Counted from the first letter of the stretch, positions 53,900 through 62,789 are shown. The stretch: DNA of 64,000 bases from Candidatus Limnocylindria bacterium (GCA_035935465.1 DASYXA010000062.1:3989-67988), one strand, 5' to 3'. Translations and numbers: made by a program. The notes: a model not told the origin generated them from the letters alone.

Positions 53900-54421
53900 A
53901 TGCCGGGCTACCTTGCGCGTACCGGGCTCGCGGTGTTCGCGCTGCTCTTCGCCATCACGTTCCTGACCGAGCAGGTGGCCGCGGGTCGCGCGCTCGCCGC
54001 GTCGACCAACCCGCTCGACCTGCCGCGGCTGCGCGAGGTCGCTCGGGTGCCGATGCACGCCGTCGGGTTCGAGGTCGCCGTCGCGGGCTCCGAGACCGCG
54101 GCGACGACCGCACCGTTGCGCGCCGCCGCGGTAGCGGAGGAGCCGGCGGCGGTGATCCTCGCGTCCTGGTACGGACCCGGCTTCTATGGGAACCGCACCG
54201 CCTGCGGGCAGATCTACACCCCCGAGCTCCTCGGGGTCGCGCACCTCTCGCTGCCCTGCGGGACCACGCTCACGCTGACCTACGGCGGCCGCGCGCTCAC
54301 GGCGACGGTGATCGACCGCGGGCCCTACATCGCCGGGCGGACGCTCGATCTGTCGAACGCGACGAGGCTCGCCCTCGGGTGCACCGACCTGTGCACGCTT
54401 CGGATGCAGATCAGGCACTGA
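53900..54421 (+). CDS. RlpA-like DPBB lytic transglycosylase
   Basis: ASWYGPG, TACG, AHLSLPCGT, VIDRGPY, LDLS. Confidence 0.85.
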   Translation: MPGYLARTGLAVFALLFAITFLTEQVAAGRALAASTNPLDLPRLREVARVPMHAVGFEVAVAGSETAATTAPLRAAAVAEEPAAVILASWYGPGFYGNRTACGQIYTPELLGVAHLSLPCGTTLTLTYGGRALTATVIDRGPYIAGRTLDLSNATRLALGCTDLCTLRMQIRH

Positions 54422-54469
54422 GTGTCCGGAGATTGCCCGCACGCTCGACAGCCGAGCGAGCGTGGGTAT

Positions 54470-54494
54470 GGAACTTGCAGCCGGGCGGTCCGTC
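54470..54494 (+). promoter_or_regulatory. Candidate ECF-sigma promoter (GGAAC-N16-CGTC)
   Basis: Upstream of the KGG stress gene; shares a 13-mer with 55482-55494. Confidence 0.45.
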
Positions 54495-54544
54495 GGGCGG
54501 CCGAACAGCCGCCGACCCCAACGCGGGTCATGAAGGAGTGAGCG

Positions 54545-54883
54545 ATGACCAAGAGCAAAGGTGCGATGACCGTCGCCGAGGCCGGACGCAAGGGTGGAGC
54601 CACGACGGCGCAGCGCCACGGGCCGGAGTTCTACGAGCAGATCGGGAAGAAGGGCGGCCGCACGACCGCGCAGCGTCACGGCGCCGACTTCTACGAGCAG
54701 ATCGGCAAGCAGGGCGGCCAGAAGGTGAAGGAGCTCTACGGTCCGCGCTTCTACGGCCGCATCGGCAAGATCGGCGGCGACGCCGTCTCCGAGAAGTACG
54801 GCCACGAGCACTTCGAGGAGATCGGCAAGAAGGGCGGCCAGAAGGTCGCCGAGCTGATCGCGCGCGGACGGCAGGCGAGCTGA
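54545..54883 (+). CDS. KGG-repeat general stress protein (GsiB/YciG/Em-like)
   Basis: About 22-aa repeats G(R/K)KGG..T..RHG.EFY..IG; AAGGAG SD. Confidence 0.88.
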   Translation: MTKSKGAMTVAEAGRKGGATTAQRHGPEFYEQIGKKGGRTTAQRHGADFYEQIGKQGGQKVKELYGPRFYGRIGKIGGDAVSEKYGHEHFEEIGKKGGQKVAELIARGRQAS

Positions 54884-54987
54884 CCGTCCCGGCCGACGGC
54901 GCCGAACACGAGCGGGCGGGCGAGCGAGCCCGTCGCGTCGTGGCGCTCGGCGCGTATCAATCGCGGCGAATCCGGGCCTCGAGAGGA

Positions 54988-55015
54988 TTGACACCGCAAC
55001 CCTCCTTCGTATCGT
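54988..55015 (+). promoter_or_regulatory. Sigma70 promoter
   Basis: TTGACA-16 nt-TATCGT. Confidence 0.55.
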
Positions 55016-55101
55016 CCGTTCCTGTACGCGAACGGCGACAGCAGGCCGTGGGCTGTACCGGTGAGCGCACAGCGCTCGCTCGCTCGTCGAGGAGAGGGAA
55101 G

Positions 55102-55407
55102 TTGGACGCGGTCGATCGGCTCGGCACCGCGCTCGTCGCGGTCGAGTGGGAAGACATCACCGCGTACACGCGCACGGTCATCCCCGAGGACTTCGAGCCC
55201 TACCGGCTCCGCAAGCTCACCTGCGGGCTGCTCTGGAAGGAGACCGACGACTACATCGTCGTCGTCGGCGACTACGACCTCACGAACGCCGGCAAGGACT
55301 ACCGCCACAACGACTTCCACATCATCCCGCGCGGCGTGATCCGCCAGCTCACCGTGCTGCGTGACCCGTCCGAGCTCGTCTCCCTGGAGGTCGCCTCCGC
55401 GGGGTAG
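55102..55407 (+). CDS. Hypothetical beta-rich protein (101 aa)
   Basis: GGAGAGGG SD, TTG start, strong host codon usage (VAVEWEDI...IIPRGVIRQL). Confidence 0.75.
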   Translation: MDAVDRLGTALVAVEWEDITAYTRTVIPEDFEPYRLRKLTCGLLWKETDDYIVVVGDYDLTNAGKDYRHNDFHIIPRGVIRQLTVLRDPSELVSLEVASAG

Positions 55408-55489
55408 CCGACGCGCGCGACCCCGCGCGTCCGGCAGCCTCCGCCGTTCGTAGCGGTATCGGGAAACCTGAACGCGCCGCGGTGGGTAT

Positions 55490-55515
55490 GGAACAACGGA
55501 CGCCTGTTCGTCGTT
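55490..55515 (+). promoter_or_regulatory. Candidate ECF-sigma promoter (GGAAC-N17-CGTT)
   Basis: Matches the EcfG/SigE-type consensus, upstream of the GGAGG SD and ATG 55545. Confidence 0.5.
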
Positions 55516-55544
55516 CCCTCAGACGAGATCTGGAGGCCACGTCG

Positions 55545-55793
55545 ATGCTGAGAGCCGAGCTGTACTGCTACTTCTGCGGCCATGGCTCCGGTGAGGTGCT
55601 CGTCGCGACCCGTTCGCGGCGCCCGACCCCGGAGCAGCTCCGCGCCGCATACGCCCATGTCACCGGCGATCGCGCGCCGGTGTGGGATCAGGGCGAGCAG
55701 CCGCTCTGCCCTCGCTGCGGCGGTCAGCTGTTCCTCGAGAAATACGAGCACCAGGTCGTGCGCCGGCGCGCCGCGTTGAAGCAGGCGAGCTGA
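55545..55793 (+). CDS. Small zinc-ribbon protein
   Basis: CYFC ... CPRC; GGAGG SD 8 nt before ATG. Confidence 0.75.
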   Translation: MLRAELYCYFCGHGSGEVLVATRSRRPTPEQLRAAYAHVTGDRAPVWDQGEQPLCPRCGGQLFLEKYEHQVVRRRAALKQAS

Positions 55794-55833
55794 CCCGCCG
55801 ACCCGGCATCAAGCCGCGGCCGTTCGGTCCTTC

Positions 55834-56346
55834 GTGGACCGGACGGCCGCGTTGCTGTTGGGCCTGATCGCGGGCTGGCGGGTCGGCCGGCGGATGCGGC
55901 TGCGCTTCCGGCGCGTCGATCCGCTGAGCGCACGGCAGCGGGACATCGTGACCGCCGTCGCGGAGGGGCTCACGAACAAGGAGATCGCGCGGCGCGTCGG
56001 CGCGTCCGAGAGCACCGTGAAGCGGCGGATCGAGCGGCTGCGGGAGCGTACCGGCGCCGCCAACAAGGCGGCGCTCGTCGCGCTCCTGGCTCAGGCCGGC
56101 GGGCCGGCGAGCCCCAGCCGGTCGGCGATCCCGCTGAGCGCGGCGACGACCTCGGCGGTGAGCTCGTCGAACGGCACGCCGAGATCCAGGGCGCCGGCGA
56201 GCATCATCTCGCGGCTCACCGCGCGCGCGAACGCCTTGTCCTTCATCTTCTTGCGCACCGACGGCGGCTCGACCTCGGCCACGCGCTTCGACGGCCGCAC
56301 CAGCGCGACCGCGGTCACGAAGCCGCAGAGCTCGTCCACCGCGTAG
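55834..56346 (+). CDS. Solo LuxR-type HTH regulator; C-terminal tail overlaps the convergent HD gene
   Basis: LSARQRDIV..VAEGLTNKEIARRVGASESTVK. Confidence 0.75.
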   Translation: MDRTAALLLGLIAGWRVGRRMRLRFRRVDPLSARQRDIVTAVAEGLTNKEIARRVGASESTVKRRIERLRERTGAANKAALVALLAQAGGPASPSRSAIPLSAATTSAVSSSNGTPRSRAPASIISRLTARANALSFIFLRTDGGSTSATRFDGRTSATAVTKPQSSSTA

Positions 56347-56651
56347 AGGGTCTTCTCCATCGGCGTGACCCGCGGCACCCCGGTGTGGTCGCCGTGGCTC
56401 TGGATCGCGTGGACGATCGTCCCGGGGACGCCGGCCTGTTCGAGGATGGGCTTGCCGTTCTGCGGGTGCCCGTCCGGGTCGCGCTCGTAGTCGAAGTCGT
56501 GGAGCAGGCCGGTGATGGCCCACTCCTCGTCATCGCCGTCGAAGCGCACCGCGAAGCGCCGCATCGCGGCCTCGACGGCGAGCCCGTGCTTGCGCAGGCT
56601 GTCGCCCGTGGTGTGCAGGCAGAGCAGCGCGTACGCGGCGTCGCGGTCCAC
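56091..56651 (-). CDS. HD-domain (HDIG) phosphohydrolase
   Basis: LRKH, LLHDFDYE, AIQSH, AVDELCGF. Confidence 0.85.
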   Translation of the reverse strand: MDRDAAYALLCLHTTGDSLRKHGLAVEAAMRRFAVRFDGDDEEWAITGLLHDFDYERDPDGHPQNGKPILEQAGVPGTIVHAIQSHGDHTGVPRVTPMEKTLYAVDELCGFVTAVALVRPSKRVAEVEPPSVRKKMKDKAFARAVSREMMLAGALDLGVPFDELTAEVVAALSGIADRLGLAGPPA

Positions 56652-56673
56652 GCGGGCACCCTATCATCGAGCG

Positions 56674-56991
56674 GTGATCGAGCTCACGCCCCTGGCCGCC
56701 GAGAAGCTCGGCGGGCTCATGTCCGCGAACCCGTCGCAGCGCGTGTTGCGGGTGTACGTCGCCGGGCAGGGCTGCTGCGGCTTCCAGTACGGACTCGCGC
56801 TCGATGACGCCTCTCTCCCTGACGACGCGGTCGTCGAGCGCGGCGGCATCGCCCTCGCGGTCGACCCGGACAGCCTCCCCTACGTCGAAGGCGCGACGAT
56901 CGACTTCGTCGATGCGCTCGTCGGCGGCGGCTTCACCGTCCGCAACCCGAAGCTCGACACCAGCGGCGGCTGCGCCTGCGGGAAGCGCTAG
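56674..56991 (+). CDS. A-type Fe-S carrier (IscA/HesB family)
   Basis: MIELTPLAAEKL, LRVYVAGQGCCGFQYGL, IDFVD, NP...CACG. Confidence 0.88.
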   Translation: MIELTPLAAEKLGGLMSANPSQRVLRVYVAGQGCCGFQYGLALDDASLPDDAVVERGGIALAVDPDSLPYVEGATIDFVDALVGGGFTVRNPKLDTSGGCACGKR

Positions 56992-57180
56992 CGGCCGACT
57001 AGACCGATCACCGGCTGCGGCTGTCTCCTCGTCGTCGCGGCGCTCGTCGCGCTGCTCGCGATCTTCATCTTCGGGTCGACCGATCCCGGCGAGCCGATCG
57101 CCCAGATCGTGGTCGCCGCCCTCAGCGGGGCCTGGGCTCGCTCCCTGACGTCGCGCGCTCGTACGCCCGCGCGACCCTGA
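56992..57180 (+). other. Coding-like TM segment in frame directly after the iscA TAG, with no canonical start
   Basis: RPTRPITGCGCLLVVAALVALLAIFIFGSTDPGEPIAQIVVAAL...; nearly all third positions G/C over 57007-57123. Confidence 0.5.
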
Positions 57181-58507
57181 GGAGCCGCGCCTCCGCCCAC
57201 GGTCGCGCGATCAGCTGCAGCCCGATCGGCAGGCCAGCGTCATCGGCTCCGCAGGGGATCGAGATCGCCGGCACGCCGGTGAGGTTGAACGGCGACGTGT
57301 AGGCGGTGAGCGTGGCCGCCGCCGCGACGGCGTCCTGCCCGTCGCGCAATGGCGCCGTGATCGGTGTCGTCGGCAGCAGGATCGCGTCCCACCTCGCGAG
57401 CGCGTCGGCGTACGCGCGCCGCAGCTCGTCGCGCGTGCGGCGCGCCGACGCGTACTCCGCGCCGGTCCGCGTGAGCCCGAGGTCGATGCGGCGCGCGACG
57501 TCGTCCCCGTACTCCGCGCGGTGCGCCGCGATCCGCTCGCGGTGATACGCGCCGGCCTCGGTTCCGATGATCACCGTCTGCGTGGCCCGAAGCTCGTCGG
57601 CGCGCGGCAGCTCCACGTCCTCGACGCGCGCGCCTTCGCGCGCGAGCACCTCGGCGGCGGCGCGCACGGCGGCCGCGACGTCCGGCGAGGGCTGCTCGGT
57701 CCGGTCCAGCCGGTCGAAGAACCGGCCGCGCACGACGCCGATCGCGAGCCCGCGGACGCCGGCCTCGATCTCGGCGAGGTAGTCGGCGACCGGCACATCC
57801 GCGCAGACCGGATCGTCGGGGTCGTGGCCGGCGATGACCCGGAGCAGGAGCGCCGCGTCGCGCACGGTGCGGGTCATCGGGCCCGCGTGGTCGAGCGACC
57901 ACGCGAGCGGGATCGCGCCGCGCAGGCTCACCCGGCCGTACGTCGGCTTCAGCCCCACGATCCCGCAGAGCGCCGCGGGGATGCGGATCGAGCCGCCGGT
58001 ATCGCTGCCGACCGCCCCGAAGCACATGCCGGCGACGAGCGCCGCGCCGTTGCCGCCGCTCGACCCGCCCGGGATCCGGTCGGTCGCCCAGGGATTGCGG
58101 GTCGGCCCGAAGTGCGGGTTGTTCGTCGTGACGCCGAACGCCCACTCGTGCAGGTTGGTCTTCCCGACGTTCACGCCGCCCGCCGCGAACAGCCGGCGCG
58201 CGACCTCGCTGTCGTCGCCCGGGACGTTCGTCGCGAACAGCCTCGAGCCGGCGGTCGTCGGCACGCCGGCGACGTCGAACAGATCCTTGAGCGCGATCGG
58301 CGCGCCCGCAAGCGGCCCGCCCGTCCCGGCCGTGCCGGCGCGCCGGCGCGCGTCCTCGGGCGTCACCGTGATGAACGCGTTCAGCGCGGGCTCGCGCTGC
58401 GCGATGCGGGCGAGCGCGGCCTCGGTCAGCTCCGCCGAGCTCACCGCGCGCGAGCGCAGCGCCGCGATCGCGTCTTCGAGCGAGCCGTCCAGGAGGCCCT
58501 CGTCCAC
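57122..58507 (-). CDS. Amidase-signature enzyme (GatA/AtzE-like)
   Basis: IALKD, GKTNLHE, GGSSGG, GSDTGGSIRIPA, GLKPT. Confidence 0.92.
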   Translation of the reverse strand: MDEGLLDGSLEDAIAALRSRAVSSAELTEAALARIAQREPALNAFITVTPEDARRRAGTAGTGGPLAGAPIALKDLFDVAGVPTTAGSRLFATNVPGDDSEVARRLFAAGGVNVGKTNLHEWAFGVTTNNPHFGPTRNPWATDRIPGGSSGGNGAALVAGMCFGAVGSDTGGSIRIPAALCGIVGLKPTYGRVSLRGAIPLAWSLDHAGPMTRTVRDAALLLRVIAGHDPDDPVCADVPVADYLAEIEAGVRGLAIGVVRGRFFDRLDRTEQPSPDVAAAVRAAAEVLAREGARVEDVELPRADELRATQTVIIGTEAGAYHRERIAAHRAEYGDDVARRIDLGLTRTGAEYASARRTRDELRRAYADALARWDAILLPTTPITAPLRDGQDAVAAAATLTAYTSPFNLTGVPAISIPCGADDAGLPIGLQLIARPWAEARLLRVARAYERATSGSEPRPR

Positions 58508-58669
58508 GAGGCCGAACGATAGGGTGGCGAACGGGGCGCCCGTGGACACCCCGTCCGCCCCGCGTGGAGGAGGAAGTGTTGACCTGGCTGTGTTGAGCGA
58601 TACGTCCGGACGGCCCGGGCGGATGCCGGCGCGGCGGAATCTTCGGGTCGCCGCCCGCGTTCCTGGGCT

Positions 58670-59083
58670 GTGGCGTTCAACGACGACCTCATCGCGCACT
58701 TCCGGAAGAACGACGGTGTCATCCGCGAGGGGCCGTTCACGGGCCGCGACGTCCTGCTGCTCACGACGACGGGCAGCAAGACCGGCCGGCCGCGGACGCA
58801 TCCGCTCGTCTACACGCGCGACGGCGACCGTTACCTGATCATCGCGTCCAAGGGTGGCGCGCCCACCCATCCATCCTGGTACCGCAACCTCCGCGCGCAT
58901 CCGGAGGTCACCGTCGAGGTCGGATCCGAGACGTTCCGCGCGACGGCGATCCCGATCGCGAACGGCCCGGAGCGCCGCCGGCTCTACGACCAGCACGCGG
59001 CCATCAACCCCGGCTTCAAGGACTACGAGAAGAAGACCGACCGCGTGATCCCGGCGATCCTCCTGGAGCGGCTCCCGGTCTAA
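58670..59083 (+). CDS. Deazaflavin (F420)-dependent nitroreductase family protein
   Basis: LLLTTTGSKTG..R..PL, ASKGGAPTHPSWYRNLRAHP, RVIP. Confidence 0.9.
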   Translation: MAFNDDLIAHFRKNDGVIREGPFTGRDVLLLTTTGSKTGRPRTHPLVYTRDGDRYLIIASKGGAPTHPSWYRNLRAHPEVTVEVGSETFRATAIPIANGPERRRLYDQHAAINPGFKDYEKKTDRVIPAILLERLPV

Positions 59084-60573
59084 CGGGTCAGCGGGTCGAC
59101 CACGCGCGTTCCGACCTTCGCCTCCCAGTGCACGTGCGGCCCGGTGGTCACGCCGGTGAGCCCCACGAGCGCGACGGCCTGCCCGCGCACGACGCGGTCG
59201 CCGGTGCGCACGAGCGCCGCGGAGGTGTGGTAGTCGCAGGTCTCGATCCCGCTCGGGTGACCGACGCACACCCGCCGTCCGCCGACGGCGACCCAGCCCA
59301 CGGCCGTGACGACGCCGTCATCGGACGCGACGAGGATCGAGCCGAGCGGCGCGGCGATGTCGATCCCGGTGTGTGATGGCGTGATGAGCTGGGTGATCGC
59401 CCCCACCGCCGGCCGCAGGTAGCGCAGGCCGGTCGGCGGGAATGCCGCGCCCGCCGGGATGGGTGTCGCCTTCGCCGAACCGCCGGTGCCGCAGCGGAAG
59501 AGCTCGAGCCGCGTCGACCGCAGCGCGGTCCGGCTGTCGCCGGCGAAGTAGCGGCCATCGGGGCTGAAGCCGCGCGCGCCGATGAGGTTCGGCAGCGTCG
59601 CGGTCGGACTCGGGGTACCCGCGCCGAACGCCGCGAACGGGTCGAACGTGATGTCGGCGCTGACGGTCGGCGTCACGGCGCCGAGGAGCACCGACCGCCC
59701 ATCGGGCGTCCACTGGTGCACCGGGCCGGCGGATCGCGACAGCGGCGCGCTGCGCACGGTGTCCCCCTCCCGGATCTCGATCCGGTCGGGATAGCGCACC
59801 AGGAGCGCCTGGCCGGTCGGCGCCCACTCGGTGTACGTCGCGTCCGGCAGGTCGAGCTCCGTGACCGTACCGGTGCGCGTCACGCCGGCGTAGCGGCGGA
59901 CCGTGCCGTCGAGCGAGTAGCGCGTGATGAGGAACCGCTCCGCGTCGGCGCTGAAGCTCGCGTCGTCGGCCGGATACGTCGGGACGACACCGGCGGGCAG
60001 CCGCGAGAGCGTGCGCACGTTCCCGTCGGTCCACGACCGCAGCTCGTCCTTCGCGAAGTAATAGAGCGTGTCGCCCACCCATCGCGCGTCGGGGATCGTC
60101 GCGCGCGGCAGATCGATCACCCGCCCGCCGATGACGATGCGCAGGTCGCCGTCCCAGCTCCAGTACGAGAGGTACGTCCCGCTCCCCGACCACTGCTGCC
60201 GCTCGCCGACCCCGAGCGGGGTGAGCTCGCCGGTCGGCAGATCGAGCGCGTCGAGGAAGAACTCCTCGGGCGATCCGGTGATCCGCGCGGATGGCAGCGC
60301 GACCATGTGGTCGATCGCGAGGGTCCGTCCGTTCGGGGACCAGGCGACCCCGATGGCGTCCGCGATCGGCGGCAGCGCCACGCGGTCGGTGCACACGAGC
60401 GCGTCGGGGCCGTTCGGCGGCGTCGGCGCGGCCACGCCGCGCGGCGAGCCGGTCGGCGCCGGGGCCGGGGCCGGCGGTGAGGCGGACGCTTGGCCGGTCG
60501 GCACCGGCTCGCACGCCGCGACGAGCGCCGCGGCGAGAAACCAGCCAATGGCGCAACGCCGGGTCCGGTCCAC
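59080..60573 (-). CDS. Lipoprotein with beta-propeller-like repeats and a C-terminal M23 peptidase
   Basis: LVAAC lipobox, repeated W(S/T)P(N/D)G units, HTGID and HVHWE. Confidence 0.82.
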   Translation of the reverse strand: MDRTRRCAIGWFLAAALVAACEPVPTGQASASPPAPAPAPTGSPRGVAAPTPPNGPDALVCTDRVALPPIADAIGVAWSPNGRTLAIDHMVALPSARITGSPEEFFLDALDLPTGELTPLGVGERQQWSGSGTYLSYWSWDGDLRIVIGGRVIDLPRATIPDARWVGDTLYYFAKDELRSWTDGNVRTLSRLPAGVVPTYPADDASFSADAERFLITRYSLDGTVRRYAGVTRTGTVTELDLPDATYTEWAPTGQALLVRYPDRIEIREGDTVRSAPLSRSAGPVHQWTPDGRSVLLGAVTPTVSADITFDPFAAFGAGTPSPTATLPNLIGARGFSPDGRYFAGDSRTALRSTRLELFRCGTGGSAKATPIPAGAAFPPTGLRYLRPAVGAITQLITPSHTGIDIAAPLGSILVASDDGVVTAVGWVAVGGRRVCVGHPSGIETCDYHTSAALVRTGDRVVRGQAVALVGLTGVTTGPHVHWEAKVGTRVVDPLTR

Positions 60574-60588
60574 CGATAGATTGTTGAC

Positions 60589-60602
60589 ACATCGTGCGAT
60601 GT
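60589..60602. promoter_or_regulatory. Palindromic operator-like site next to TTGACA in the divergent promoter region
   Basis: ACATCG-TG-CGATGT adjoining TTGACA at 60584-60589. Confidence 0.35.
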
Positions 60603-60696
60603 AGCGCGGTATCAGGGTCGGACGGACGTTCCGCGTGGGTCTACCGTTGCCTTGACCGTTCAACCCAGTCCACCGCAGTGAAGGAGAGGTCGACCA

Positions 60697-62781
60697 ATGC
60701 GGAGACTCATCACCGGAGCGATGTCCCTCGTTCTGGCCTTCGGGGTCATGCTCACGCTCGCGTCGTCCGTGAGCGCCAACCAGGTGGCTGGCGGCGGGTA
60801 CAGCTCGAGCTACGCCGGCGAGTCCGTCTTCACGAACAACGCGGCCGGCGAGACCGGCCAGATGTCCGCGATCTTCTTCAACGACGGCACCCAGACCTGG
60901 GCACCCGGCGTCGTGGGCCTGCTCATCTGCGCCTCCGACAAGGTGACCTGTAACGTCCCGGCGAACACCGCGTACGCGAAGAACTGGTACTCGCAGACGG
61001 TCTACGCGACCGTCACCACCGGCGTCGCCCCGGGCCAGAACGGGTTCTTCATCTACGACTTCACCGTGCCCGCGGGCACGCCCGCCGGCACCGTCACGAC
61101 CTTCTACGGTGACGTCGGTCTCATCGGGACGGGCGCCGAGCTGCGTCCCGAGGGCTACTTCCAGATCAACACGACCCCGACCCCGGTCGTGGCCCTCATC
61201 CTGTCGCCGACCTCGGCCTCCGTGCCGGTCGGCACGACGCAGCAGTTCACGGTGAGCGGCCAGCCCACGGGCTCGACCGTCAGCTGGTCGGTCACCGGCG
61301 GCTGCGGTGCCGTCACCGCGACCGGCCTGTTCGCCGCCACGGCCATGAACTCCGCGAGCCAGCCGTGCAGCGTCGTCGCCGCCGTCGGCGCGCAGCAGGG
61401 TATCGCGCCGGTGACCGTCTTCGGTTCGCCGTCGCAGCTCGCCTGCGCGGCGAACCCGACCACCGTCGTCGCGAACGGCGGCGGCCCGAACGGGACGGCG
61501 ATCGCGACCGTCGCGCTCAAGGACGCCAACGGCAACACCGTGTCCAACGCGAGCTCGCCCCAGATCACCGTGAGCAACGTCACGCCGGCGCTCGCGACGA
61601 TGACCCCGACCGGGTCGGTCACCCCGTCCGCGGGCGTCGCGACCGTCTCCATCGCGACCACCACGACCGCCGGTCAGATCCAGCTGTCGGCATCGGCCAC
61701 CGGCCTCACCGGCTGCAACGTGATCATCACCAGCGGCGGACCGGGCGCCGCCACGAAGACCGTCTCGACCTTCCTCACGAACCCGATCGCCGCCGACCCA
61801 TCGTCGACGTCATCGCTCCAGGTCGACGTCACGGACGCGAACGGCAACCGGGTCATCTCCGACAACTCGACCGTTATCACGATCACCCGCGACGCCGGCA
61901 GCACGAACGTGTGCAACGTCACCGGCATCACCCAGGGCACCAGCACCGGCTTCTCGGCCGGCGGTGGCAACGCCACAGCGATGAACGGCCGGGTCGCGTT
62001 CACCGTGGCCGGCACGAGCCAGCCCGGGCAGTGCCTCGTGGTGAGCACCACGAACAACAGCTCGATCGCCGGCAGCAGCGCCACGCTAACGACCCAGATC
62101 GTCGGCGCGGCCAACAAGCTCGGGATCATCAGCAACGATTCGCCGCACGCGGCATCCAACACCGGCTCGTGCACGGTCGGCGGCACCAACACCGATCAGA
62201 GCTGCACCACGATCGTCGTCGGCGTCCAGGATGTGAACGGCTCGCTGCTCACGACGGACAGCGGCCGCACGATCAACGCGACGCCCGATCCCGGTACCTG
62301 CGCCTCGGCCGGCGGGGGCAACGTCACCCTGCGCGCCTCGACCACCACCTCGGCCGGGAAGGCGACGTTCGCCTTCTCGAGCGCCGGCGCGTACCCGAGC
62401 TGCACGATCACGTTCTCGAGCTCGAACGTCTCGAGCGTCAACACGAGCACCGCCTGGACGCCGGGCGGCGCGGATCACCTCGCCTGCGTCTTCACCCCGA
62501 CCCCGCTCCCGCCGGACAACACGGCGACCTCGAACGGCGCGGTGAGCGTCCGCGACGCGTTCGGCAACGTCATCACCACCGGCACCTACTCGGTGTCGTT
62601 CACCCGGACGAGCGGTACGACCACCACGCTCCTGACCGCGAGCCCGCAGACCACCAGCGGCGGCTACGCGAACTTCACGGTGCGGGCCAACACGACGACC
62701 GGCACCGACACCTACGGACCGGCGATGGCCTCCGGCTCCCTGCCGGGGAGCAACACGACCTGCACGATCGTCGTGCAGTAA
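60697..62781 (+). CDS. Secreted Thr/Ser/Gly-rich multi-Ig-like surface protein
   Basis: Signal peptide, NBR1-FW-like N-domain (IFFNDGTQTW), repeated LKDANGN / VTDANGN / VQDVNG / VRDAFGN units, paired Cys. Confidence 0.82.
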   Translation: MRRLITGAMSLVLAFGVMLTLASSVSANQVAGGGYSSSYAGESVFTNNAAGETGQMSAIFFNDGTQTWAPGVVGLLICASDKVTCNVPANTAYAKNWYSQTVYATVTTGVAPGQNGFFIYDFTVPAGTPAGTVTTFYGDVGLIGTGAELRPEGYFQINTTPTPVVALILSPTSASVPVGTTQQFTVSGQPTGSTVSWSVTGGCGAVTATGLFAATAMNSASQPCSVVAAVGAQQGIAPVTVFGSPSQLACAANPTTVVANGGGPNGTAIATVALKDANGNTVSNASSPQITVSNVTPALATMTPTGSVTPSAGVATVSIATTTTAGQIQLSASATGLTGCNVIITSGGPGAATKTVSTFLTNPIAADPSSTSSLQVDVTDANGNRVISDNSTVITITRDAGSTNVCNVTGITQGTSTGFSAGGGNATAMNGRVAFTVAGTSQPGQCLVVSTTNNSSIAGSSATLTTQIVGAANKLGIISNDSPHAASNTGSCTVGGTNTDQSCTTIVVGVQDVNGSLLTTDSGRTINATPDPGTCASAGGGNVTLRASTTTSAGKATFAFSSAGAYPSCTITFSSSNVSSVNTSTAWTPGGADHLACVFTPTPLPPDNTATSNGAVSVRDAFGNVITTGTYSVSFTRTSGTTTTLLTASPQTTSGGYANFTVRANTTTGTDTYGPAMASGSLPGSNTTCTIVVQ

Positions 62782-62789
62782 CGAGCTCG

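Noticed and set aside
54468-54533. uORF MELAAGRSVGRPNSRRPQRGS before the KGG gene
   Set aside because: Poor codon bias, no SD, and its ATG lies inside the putative promoter motif.
54545-54883. DNA-level tandem repeat or array
   Set aside because: The 66-nt periodicity is explained by the KGG protein repeats.
56989-56991. Pyrrolysine recoding of the iscA TAG
   Set aside because: No pyl genes in the window and many other genes end in TAG; only generic readthrough is kept as a hypothesis.
60589-60602. Link between this palindrome and the IS subterminal repeat (CACATCGTGC)
   Set aside because: A single 10-nt match in 64 kb is plausibly chance; no other IS sequence nearby.
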